A stretch of 64,000 nt of DNA from Octopus sinensis (lineage: Eukaryota). Below, piece by piece: positions 23,805 through 34,975 of the stretch. The DNA is taken from positions 124,186,001-124,250,000 of the forward strand of contig NC_042998.1 of NCBI RefSeq assembly GCF_006345805.1, read 5' to 3'. The first letter of the stretch is position 1. Each line of letters begins with the position of its first letter. The notes below the pieces were generated by a model that saw only the letters and a list, made by a program, of their open reading frames with translations, made no database searches and had not been told where the DNA came from. The translations under genes were made by a program, and so were the position numbers.

Positions 23805-23934
23805 ATACTGTTACTGAATGTCTTTTGTTGAGAGATTTACAAATAGAAATATCTTATTTTATTAGATCATTGACTATGTGTCACTTTGAATACTATATAT
23901 TTCGACCAAGAATTTTGTAGCACCACCTCCTTAC

Positions 23935-24480
23935 TTTCAGTTCATCTTTGATGTTACAAGTAACATTGCTGGTCTCTCGCTCAACTGCGCCTCACGTAAT
24001 AATCAATGAGGTTGCAGTCATTGAAGTTGGGTGGAGAGATGTTAGGAGTAATGTGGTCGTAGAAATTGTTTGATAGCCATGACTGGGTTATCCTGATTGT
24101 ATGGAATGGTGCAGAGTCCCATTGCCAGACATAGTGTCTTCCAGCAGCCACTCACTTGACCCAGTGCAACACTACCTCCTCCAGACACTTGATGTAGGCC
24201 TCTGTGTTGAGTCTGAGGCCGTGTGGGAAGATAAATGGAAGCATAGCGCCGCCATCACTAGTGATCACTCCAAACACCTTGATTTGACTGGATGTCTGAT
24301 ATTCATCACCCTCAGTAGGTTTTGGAGATACGACAAGCCAACGGTTGCTCTATGTGTTCACCACCTGATCCTGGCAGAAATTTTCCTCGTCGGAGAAAAA
24401 CCAAAGCACGTTCCTCTGAAGGGGATGCTGGAGTTTGTTCAAAAGCTTCGTAGCACGGTCTTTCCTCTTGTCATTGATGA
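23935..24480 (-). mobile_element. Tc1/mariner DD37D (maT-like) transposase pseudogene fragment
   Basis: LWFFSDEENF...VFGVITSDG...WQWDSAPFHT...PPNFNDCNLIDYYV; 37 residues between 2nd and 3rd Asp. Confidence 0.85.
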
Positions 24481-24489
24481 CTTGGAATA

Positions 24490-26120
24490 AAATTCGACCC
24501 TTTCTAGTCTTGTATGAGGAATACTGCCTACCGAAAATACATAAGTCAAAATATATTCAGCATGCTGTAAAAGAAAAAGAAAGTGAGTACATAAAATCAC
24601 TATATACAAAAGACTTAAAACTTATACCTATTATTGCTGGTAGAACATGTCCTACCGACCGTCTAAGCAATTTTATCGACATTGTTTTGAAATCACTATG
24701 CACCTACATAACCAGTTTCATCAGGAATGATATCGACTTCCTGCCCCACCTTCACAAAACAACAGAAAGAAATCCACTTTTACTTAGTTTTGATGTTTTA
24801 ATCCTTTACACCAATATTCCACAGGATTTAGGAATAAAGCTAATTAAATACTTGGTAGAAAAACATAGTGAAGAGATTCCCAAGAGATTCAGAGTGCCAT
24901 TTATATTAGACACAGTCAGTCGTATTCAAGAAAACAACACCTTCTTCTTTAATAGAAATAATTACATTCAAATTAAAGGAACGGTGATGGGAACAAGGTT
25001 TGCGCCTGTTTACGAGAATTCTGTAATGGGATATTTAGAACAACTCTAATAAGAAACAGGAAAAAACTATAGCACTGAATTTAGAAATTATAGTGAAAAG
25101 GCATGGAAGAGTTATCTTGACGACTGCTTCATAATCTGGATAGAATCACTAAATATTCTGGAAGTTCAATATACTCCTGAGCAACCTATACGCATCTCAC
25201 CAAATTACAAAGGAGATGAGTAGTACCAAATTACCACTCCTAGATATAACAGTAATTAAAAAGGACACCGTCATTACCACAGATATACTATAAACACACG
25301 GACACACATCAATACCTGAACTTTAAGTCGTGTCATCCACCACATACAAAGCGCAACATCCCATACAGCCTAGCCAGAAGAATGTGTACCATTCTTTTTG
25401 AACAAACGCATAACAGAACTAAGAAAATTTTTGCTCAAACAAATTTACCTGTCTCCACTTTTAGAAAATGGCATAGCAGGCTATAAAAATACCCATAGAA
25501 CAACTGGGGACGACCCAAAGAAGAGGAAAACAGGAACAAGTCATACCATTTATAGTGACACACAACCCATGTCACCAGAATATCTTCAACATTGCCAAAG
25601 TAAACCTACCAAAGTAATGAATGGAAACATATAATATCGGATTGGCTTATAGTTCTTAGTAAAAGACAGCTTGAAATATTATTAAAACATCATTAACAAA
25701 GACAACATTTTGACCTTAGCAACAAAGATCAGTCATTCACTGTATCAGAATGCAATGACAGCCGCTGTGGCACATGCCAATTCATACATACTGCCAAATA
25801 TATGAACACAAAACAACCGAAAAATATTCACAAACGCAAATATGAATTGCAAAAGCATTTCTTTTTATTTTACTGCCTCAAATGCTCGAATTCTGAAGAA
25901 GCTATGTGGGTCAGACTGGAAATGTTCTATCAGAACGTTCACGTGTGTACCGACAGCAAATTAGAGATCCAGATGTCCGTCAGATACCTCTGAGTAACCA
26001 TCTAGAAATATTTATAATATTTCCATTCTACAAACTATACAGTCTAAGTGAAATCGTAAGAAATGTCAAAGAAAAGAACTTTATTGATAAATTCCAACAC
26101 AAGCTAAATAAAGAATAATA
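24490..26120 (+). mobile_element. Penelope-like retroelement RT + GIY-YIG pseudogene
   Basis: PIIAG..TDRLS, SFDV..LYTNIP, QIKGTVMGTRFAP, YLDDCFIIW, KHTDTHQYLNFKSCHPPHTKRNIPYSLARR, YVGQTG..LSER; multiple stops and frameshifts. Confidence 0.92.
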
Positions 26121-26615
26121 ATAATACTTAGAGGTACTACTTCTACAGCTTACAACAAAAACAATACTAAAGGTTCTCATTATGATGATAACAGGAAAAT
26201 ACTAGCTAAAAGAACGGTCAGTAGAAATAATCTTATTTAGAGTTAAAGTTCCATTACCACAGCTGTTACCACCACCACCAACAACAATGATAAAAATAAT
26301 AAAGGTGACGATAACGGTAATGATGATAACTGAAATGTAAAAATCACTAGAAAATGTTACATTTCTAAAAATAGCCAAACGATTACTGCTTTGGCTAGGA
26401 TCAAAATACAGGTCACTGCACATGTTTAACAAACCGTGACGCCTAAACCAAACACTAATCAACTTAAGTAATTTAATGAAGCCACACATTGATTGGTCAT
26501 AACACAGTTTGCAAAATTTAACATTCTGGAGCCTGTACAAATGCATTTAAGGCACACATTTTAGCCATCTCACTACAGTTGTAATTTGTAAAACATAACT
26601 GTCACCACTACTACA

Positions 26616-26660
26616 TGAACCTGAAGATTGCATAGTTTAAGGCATGAAAGTTCTAGTTCA
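26616..26660 (+). ncRNA. Minimal hammerhead downstream of the PLE ORF
   Basis: UGAAC-CUGAAGA-UUGC..GCAU-GAAA-GUU-CUA-GUUCA; stem I 5 bp perfect; U-U at stem II base. Confidence 0.65.
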
Positions 26661-26821
26661 GTCAGAATGAACATTTAATATTCTTTCATTTAAATAGTAT
26701 ATTATATTATATTATATTTTTATAAGATTGTAAATGAAACATGAAGCTCAGACAAAGTTGGAATTCCTTTGATTAATAGTTTCTTCTATACACAATCATA
26801 CACAACCGTGTGAGTATATAT

Positions 26822-26962
26822 ATATATAAGAGTGAATAAAGGTTTATACACGGAGAGAATACTCATAACAGAACTTCTTACATGTTAAAAAGGGAAGTCG
26901 CATGTAAGAACTCCTTTACGGGTCTTCTCTCCGTGTATAAACATTTATACACTCTTATATAT
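26822..26962. repeat. ~140-bp foldback (38-bp outer arms plus inner TTCTTACATG/CATGTAAGAA)
   Basis: Reverse-complement arms visible directly. Confidence 0.75.
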
Positions 26963-27065
26963 AAAAATATGTTGTCTTATGACTGTTATTACTCATGCAA
27001 ACCGCTGGTAATAAATTGTTCTACTTATTTACCCTTATAATTTACACAGTAATATATATATATAT

Positions 27066-28163
27066 TGTTACGGTTTAGCTGGTGCAGTCTTTTGTTTAAT
27101 GGAGGACTAATGGGTTTTGGAATGACCTGTGACCTTGTGCGAGTGAATTAGGGGTCGCTCTGGGCACCCCTTGAAGAAGTGAAGAGGAGGACAGATTAAG
27201 GGAATCTAAGAGCAGATGAAGAGGGTATTGACAGTAGGAGAGAAGGACAGGCAGAGAGTTTGGTAGAGCTGTCATGAGAGAGATAGAGTATAAGACTAAG
27301 GGACAGATAGAGAGGCTAAGGGACAGTAGGCGATATAGATAGAGTAAGGAATCAGATAGCAAATAGAAAGACTATAGGTGGTAGAACAGAGGGAGATGAG
27401 GGAGTGGAAGAAGGACAGAGACGAAGTGAGGTCTGGGCAGTCGTTGAGCGGTCGTCGAGGAACACGGACGGACTCTGGAGGTCAGAGCGAGTGGATGGAA
27501 CCTTGGATTTAAGGAGCAAGCGTTGGAATTCCTGGGAGCGAGCTGGGATGCGAGGAGGCCTAGGAGCGAGCGATTGGAATATGCACAGAGGCGAATTAGC
27601 AGAGTATTCAGAGGAATTAGCAGTATTGAGAGGAATGGGACACTGGCAGATTCAAATGGGAATTGAGGTATGTGTTGTGCATTGATATGTGTCACGGTGT
27701 ATTGAACAGTGAAGAGAACAGTCAGAGACTCTGTCGATGTGTCGATTATCGAGTTGTGGTATTGATGTTCAGAAAGAGACTTTAAGAGAACTGTTGTCTT
27801 GGGACGTGTACTCTTGAATTGTTACATGATGTTGTATTATGCTTTGAATTGTAATCTTGAAATGGTGTTGTTAAATGTTTGATCTGTTGCATGATGTATT
27901 GAGTAGTCACGTGCATGTTTCCTTTAAATGTATTTGATGTGTAGCAATTGTAATTGTCGTATAAACTGTTGTTTGAATATAAGCCAGTGTTGCCAGTTGT
28001 TGCCTTGCCTCTTTGGGTTGTATCTCGGGTTGTGCCTCTGTATCTCTGTGCTGTTGAGGTTGTGGCAGTATCTATCTGTATCTCCTCTCTCCGCCTCTTT
28101 GGGTTCCGTGGCGGAACTTGTGTGAGCCGTTCGGGACGAGCGACGACGGGTGATTCCGTAACA
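27066..28163 (-). mobile_element. Solo LTR (Gypsy/BEL-like), 1098 bp
   Basis: TGTTACGG...CCGTAACA termini, ATAT flanks on both sides, ATTAAA near the minus-strand 3' end, no coding motifs. Confidence 0.75.
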
Positions 28164-28689
28164 ATATATATATATATATATACAAATATATATATATGTA
28201 TATATATATACATATATATATATATACACATATATACATACATATATATATGTATATATATATATTAACATTAACATGGAAAATTATGCAGAAGAAAAAA
28301 AAAAATTCTGAAAAAAAAAAAAATCCTTTTTTTTTTTCTTTCAAAGTCCAGAGAGCCAAAATATCCTATAATCCTTAAGTGCAACCCATTTGGAAATGAA
28401 TCAAAAATAATTTGATAATGTAAAATAAAATTATTAAAAAAAAAGAGAAATCTGGTTACAGGACAATCACACAAAACTATGAAAGTGAACAAAAGTAAAA
28501 ATAAAAAAAAAAAAACTAGAAAAAATAATTTTTCGGTGGGATTATTTCTTTTTCTAAGTAAGGTGTATTTTTTTCTGTAATAATTTTGCTTAAAAAAAAA
28601 AGCAAAGACAGAAAACCCCTTAAGGGTGTATATACAAACACCCTCATTTTCAGAAGGTTCCATAGAAATTGCAATAACTTCATCCAAAC

Positions 28690-28765
28690 AAAAAGTAGCG
28701 ATTACAAATGGCGGTGCCCCAGCATGGCCACAGCTCATAAGCTGAAACTAGAATCAATCAATCAA
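28690..28765 (+). repeat. SINE/LINE 3' tail fragment
   Basis: ggcggtgccccagcatggccacagc..ctgaaactag; also at 44835-44885 (minus) and 52135-52190. Confidence 0.6.
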
Positions 28766-28826
28766 TCATACACACACACACACATCATATATATATATAT
28801 ACATATATGCATACATACATACATGC

Positions 28827-28870
<44 letters not shown>

Positions 28871-29214
28871 TATATAGGTTGTCACACATGAAGTGTCGCA
28901 TTTGAAAGTTTAAAAATAAAATATTTCAGAAGTATTAGAGAACTGATTTATTTAAGCAAAGTTTGATCCATGTTCATTTATGAACTTTACTCAACTTTTC
29001 ACTAAGTCATATTATCCATCTTTAAAAAAGACGTTACCTTTCGCTGTGATAAACTGTCCAAAATGCTTCAATTACCTTCTCTTTACAATACTGAAGTTAT
29101 GTGGAAACTGGTAGATAATTTGCGCAACTGTTCAGCTTAAAGTTTAACATCAGAAAACCGAATGCCTTTACCAGCCTGCGGAGAATCTAGCTGCCCCTGT
29201 AAAACATCTCTATG

Positions 29215-29760
29215 TTGCAAAGTATTCAGATACCTAGGTTACACCATCTCAGATAATGCAAGACTGGACCAGTAAATCATATACAGAATGTCTAGATCTA
29301 GTGGTTCATTTGTCAGGCTTCAGGAGCGGCCGTGGAAAAATAAGTATGTTTCGCTACAAGTCAAATATAAGATATATCAAGCTATAGTAATTTCTTCTTT
29401 GTTGTACGGAGCTTACCCATGAACAGCTTATATAACACTCGAGTAGATAAGTTACATGCATATATCATGAGACAGCTGCAACATATTATGAATATCAAGA
29501 ATGAAGAGATTCTCTGGCGTACTTGTCTGCTTTCTACGATGGAAATTTGCGTTGGTTTACACATTACGTTCGTTTACACATACACAGGATAGAATACAGC
29601 AGACTCCTAAGACAACTTGTTTACTTCTAACTACACAAGTGGAAAATAAATCATGGAAGATCTAGACTGAGATTCAAAGATACTACAATAAGGATTATGA
29701 GGTGTAAAGGAATTGATAATGATAAACAGCAAACACGAACGAAAATTCCGAACAGTATGG
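29215..29760 (+). mobile_element. Old RTE LINE 3' fragment
   Basis: FRYLGYTISDNARLD..KIYQAIVISSLLYGA, homologous to the C-terminal region of the RTE at 33328-34896. Confidence 0.75.
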
Positions 29761-30592
29761 GGAAAGCTTATCAAGTCATGCCAAAGTCATAGATGCGACG
29801 ACTGATTGCAGGACTGTAAGGGTAATATACTATGTATTTGTATTTTTAAGTGTATGTGTGTGTCTAAAAAGTGGTGAGTATATAATTGCATGAATACCGA
29901 AAAGAGAATAACGAATAATTTTTAGAATATTAGCAAAAGCAATAATGAATGATCAATCAACAGGCTCTTTGATACGCATATTCAAATATACAATTCACGC
30001 TTGCATACTAAATATAGGCATCTGCGTATTCATGAAGACAGAAGTAATATATGCACATATGTTGGACGAGTCAGGCAGATGCGTTTTTAGATGCGATAAC
30101 AAAGATAGAAATTTCAAATTTTGTTTCAGACAGCTTGTGTTTCTAAATATTTTTTATGAATATCTAAATTGTACCAAAGATAGGAACTTTAGTTGAATAA
30201 TAAAAAACGGGAAACTTGTTGCCACAAATATTGTTAACATAATGTAGTAGTGTAAGAAAAACCCCATAAAAGTGACTTAATACAGGAAAATACAAAACAA
30301 AAAAGAAAATAAAAGAAATAAAAAATGATGTTACTTTAAGAATACTGTAACCATCAAGCCACAAAATGTATCTTTTGATTTTCAATTAGTGAGGATTGGT
30401 CTCTCATGTTGCTAAATCATATTCATCTTTCACTATTTCTTTCATTTTCAGTATAAAATCATGGCAAACATTCCTTACAAACGTAGACGAACCGGTTACG
30501 TAACAGTGGTTGTAATCTGAAGTGATTTCTGTTTAACTTTGTCACGAACTCTCTTGTTTTAGAGAATTTAAAATTGTGAAATATCCAGTGTG

Positions 30593-30671
<79 letters not shown>

Positions 30672-31537
30672 CAAGGGGGTACCCAGAACAAACTGGAATT
30701 TGGGAATATTATTTTATTCATGTTTATGCTTTTATCGCCTTTCAAAGTATTCTCCATTTGAAGCAATGCCTCGGATCACACGCATTTTCCACAGTTAGAA
30801 GCAGTGCTGGCACCCTTGCGAAGTGATACCTTCGTCGTTTTGTCTTCCCCTCTTCCATATCTGCAAATTCCGTAGGACCAGCTTTCGTCACTTGTGAGGA
30901 CCTTCCAAAAAAGATCCGGATCAGCTTCCAACTGTTCTTTCAGTCGGCAACATGCATTCAATTGTGACTGCTTTTGATCTTTCGTGAGTAAGCAACGTCC
31001 AAATTTTGTTGTAACTCTTTTCATTCACAATTTCTCGCTCAAAATTCTTTTCCAGGAACAAGTCATATCAACAAGTCTGTCAATTGTTCTGTGACGGTCT
31101 TCTGAGATCAGTTCACGAATTTTCATTCGTTCGGGAGGTCAACTGTCGTCCTGAACGAGATTGGTCTCCATTTCCTTCAAGCTACTAGTGACTGTTCTTA
31201 AATATGAAAACCAATCTCGTAAACTTCTGTTTTGCTCATGGCAGCGTCCTTGTAAGTTCTTTGAAGCGGGAAAACTGTTTCCGCCACTGCTTTCCCCAGC
31301 AGAAAACAGAATTTCCCGGAAGCACGCTGTTCCTTCATTTCGGCCATCGCAAAAATCGACGAACAGAGGAGAAACACCGCTAGACAAAGACGCTTGACAG
31401 TATGAGCGCACTGAACAACACCGGAAAGCAAACCGATAACTGAAGGTTGCATCAAGTAGCTTCTAGCAATAGAAACCTGAACTGGAACGGGCTTGTTCCA
31501 CATAGAACGTTCCGGGATACTTTTGGGTACCCCCTCG
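30672..31537 (-). mobile_element. Internally deleted mariner with TIRs and TA target sites
   Basis: TA-CAAGGGGGTACCCA / TGGGTACCCCCTCG-TA; EQRA.GKFCFLLGK..ET and KVLTSDESW motifs. Confidence 0.9.
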
Positions 31538-31851
31538 TATATATTAACCATTTTTATTCGACAGTAAAATATATTTAATTGTTCATGTGATTAGATTGTA
31601 ACATGAAATTACACGATTTTTTCTTTTATTAGTTTCAAATACTTAACTAAGCAAACACACTTCAAATTTATTAATTTTTTAAATAACGTGTTCATATTTT
31701 GCAATTTGTGGAATTAAGCTTATGAAAGATACTAGTTTCTATACTAATCTACTGTATATATGTCTCTATGAATAGTAATCTGGAAAGAATTAATATAGTA
31801 TCGTTTCTAGAGGTAGAAAGCTAAATGTACATTAGTTATGAACTAATTATG

Positions 31852-34800
31852 GGCTGCAGGGCTGCAGGAGACAAGACTTCCCTCAAACGGCAGACTCAAA
31901 GAGCAGGACTTCACCTTCTTTTGGCAGGGAAGAGATCCAGAAGAAACTCGTCAACATGGCGTTGGCTTTGCAGTGAGAAACTCACTACTCTCCTCAATAG
32001 AACCACCATCGGGAGGCACTGAGCGTATCCTCTCACTGCGCCTCTCGACTTCTTCTGGCTCAGTACATCTACTCAGCATCTATGCTCCCACTCTCTACAG
32101 CTCAGAGGAGACCAAGGACCAGTTCTACAAAGATATCAACTGTGTCCTAGAAAATATACCAACGACTGAAAATATCTACCTTCTAGGGGATTTTAACGCT
32201 CGCGTGGGATCTGACCATGATTCGTGACCCATTTGTGTTGGACACTTTGGTATTGGCAACATGAATGACAATGGTCAGAGACTACTCGAATTCTGCACAT
32301 ACCACATCCTGTGCATCACAAACACATTCTTCACCAGCAAGCCATCCCACAAGGCATCCTGGAGACATCCAAGATCTCACCACTGGCATCAGCTGGATCT
32401 CATCATTACACGGAGATCCTTTCTGAGTTCCACTCTATTGACCCGCAGTTACCACAGTGCGGATTGTGACACAGACCACTCACTAATTAGAAGCAGGGTG
32501 AGGATTCTCCCTAAAAAAGTCCATCGCTCCAAGAAAGTGGGCCGACCACGCATCAACACCGCCAGAACCTCGGACCCTACACTGCAAAAATGTTTTGCTG
32601 CTTCTATCAAGGTTGCCCTCAGTAGCTGCCCAACCTCCTCTGCTGAAAGTAGGTGGGACTATATCAGGGAAGCCTTGTATACGACATCATTGGATACTTT
32701 CGGCATGAGAGAAAGGCAAAACCCAGATTGGTTCAATGCTGGGCTCTCAGAGCTGGAGCCAGTTATCGAAGCAAAGCGTGCAGCTCTGGTGCAATACAAG
32801 AGTGACTCTTCTACAAAGTCACTCGAAGAACTCAGAAAGGCACGAAATAAAACCCAACTGACAGCCAGATGCTGTGCAAATAGGTATTGGCAGGAAATCT
32901 GTCAGAGTATCCAGTCAGCTGCTGACAGGGGCGACACCCGTGGGATGTATGCTGGTTTGAAGAAGGCCCTCGGTCCATCCGCAACCAAGTCAGCCCCTCT
33001 GAAATCAACTACTGGAGATCTCATCAGGGATCAAGACAAGCAAATGAATAGATGGGTGGAGCACTACCAGGATCTCTACTCACGGGAGACCACAGTGGCT
33101 GAGGCTGCAGTCGAGAGTGTCAAGATCTTGCCAGTCATGTGCGAACTTGACAGTCCGCCATCTATAGCAGAGCTCACCAAGGCTGTTGACTCCCTAGCAA
33201 GAAATAAGGCTCCGGAAAAGACGGCATCCCCTCAGAGATCATCAAAGCCGGCAAAAACACCATCCTGCTTCGGCACCTTCATGAGCTTCTGTGTCAGTGC
33301 TGGGAAGAGGGTACAGTCCCTCAGGATATGCGGGATGCCAACATCATTACGCTCTACAAAAACAAAGGTGACCGTGGTGATTGTAACAATTACCGTGGTA
33401 TATCCCTTCTAAGCACTGTTGGAAAGACCTTTGCCCGCGTTATCCTGGCCAGGCTACAACTACTTGCTTCTCGAATCTATCCGGAATCGCAGTGTGGCTT
33501 TAGAAGAAGCAGATCAACTATCGATATGATATTCTCCATACGCCAACTTCAGGAGAAGTCCAGAGAGCAGAAAATGCCATTATATATGGCCTTCATTGAT
33601 CTAACAAAGGCTTTTGACTCGGTAAGCAGAACAGGCCTCTTCCTCCAGCTCCAAAAAATCGGATGTCCACCAAAGCTGCTGAGGATCATCAAGTCTTTCC
33701 ATGATGACATGCAAGGCACCATACAGCACAACGGTTCAACATCAGCCGCCTTCCAAATAAAAAACGGGGTAAAGCAAGGCTGTGTCCTCGCTCCTACATT
33801 GTTTGGCATCTTCTTCTCACTCTTGCTGTCACATGCCTTTCAGACATCAGATGATGGAGAGTTTCTGCACAGTAGAAGTGACGAGAAACTGTTCAATCTC
33901 TCGCGCCTGCGTGCCAAGACCAAAATCAGAAACGTCCTGATCAAGGAGATGTTATTTGCTGATGATGCCGCTCTGGTAACACACACAGAAGAAGCCCTCC
34001 AAAGGCTCATTAACTGTTTTGAGCAAGCATGTAACGACTTTGGCTTAGCTATCAGCCTTAAGAAGACCAACATCATGGGCCAGGCTACATCGGACATCCC
34101 AAACATACATATTGGAGACCACAGATTACAAGAGGTGGAGAAGTTTACCTATCTGGGCTCTACCGTCACCTACAACCTATCCCTTGACGCTGAGCTCAAT
34201 ATACGCATTGGCAAGGCAGCTGCTGCGATGGCCCAACTCTCCAAACGGGCTTGGGACAACAATAAGCTGACCAAGACCACAAAAATGAAGATCTACCAGG
34301 CATGTGTACTCAGCACTCTACTGTATGGAAGCGAGACCTGGACGCTATACATACGCCAAGAGCGTCGCCTAAACATCTTTCACCTGCGCTGCCTCCGAAA
34401 AATCCTCCACATCAAATGGCAGAATCATATCCCCAACAAAGATGTCCTCAGGCAAGCAGGAATACCAAGCATGTTTGCACTCCTCACACAAAGACGTATG
34501 AGATGGCTTGGGCATGTTAGCCGTATGAAAGATGGCAGAATCCCCAAGGACATACTCTACGGAGAGCTTGCTAGGGGTACTAGGTCTGTGGGTAGACCGA
34601 TCTTGCGTTACAAGGATGTTTGCAAAAAGGATATGAAGGCCTGCAACATCAACATTAGCGGTTGGGAGGCAGTCGCCGGCAACCGTGGAGAATGGCGACG
34701 TACAGTAAAAGAGGGTATACAGAGGAGTGACAGAAAGAGAGAGGAGAAATGGAAAGAAAGGAAGAGACATAAACAAGAGACCATGGCACTACAATCAGCC

Positions 34801-34975
34801 AGGAACAGTCTTCGCTACATTTGCAGTACCTGCCAGAGGGAGTGTTTGTCCAGGATAGGACTACACAGCCACAGCAAGAAATGTAACAGGAAATAAAATA
34901 TAACAGCCGGACTAGACCTAGAAAAAAAAAAAATGCGCAACTCCATTGTCTCCCGAGACAGAAAGGATGCCAAAC
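31852..34975 (+). mobile_element. Near-full-length RTE-clade LINE (APE endonuclease + RT), 5'-truncated, one nonsense codon (32225-32227) and one frameshift (~33220)
   Basis: LQETR, IYAPT, LGDFNARVG, HQLDLI, DTDH (EN); FIDLTKAFDS, GVKQGCVLAPTLF, LFADD (RT); C-terminal CSTC..H; AATTATG at 31845-31851 and 34976-34982 as probable TSD. Confidence 0.97.

Noticed and set aside
25905-25945. CUGAAGA...GAAA...CUA motif
   Set aside because: Lies in GIY-YIG coding sequence and no stems form
33955-33990. CUGAUGA in the RTE and, similarly, in the Tigger (49590, minus) and CR1 (51650)
   Set aside because: Codons of ADD/ADE protein motifs; no ribozyme stems
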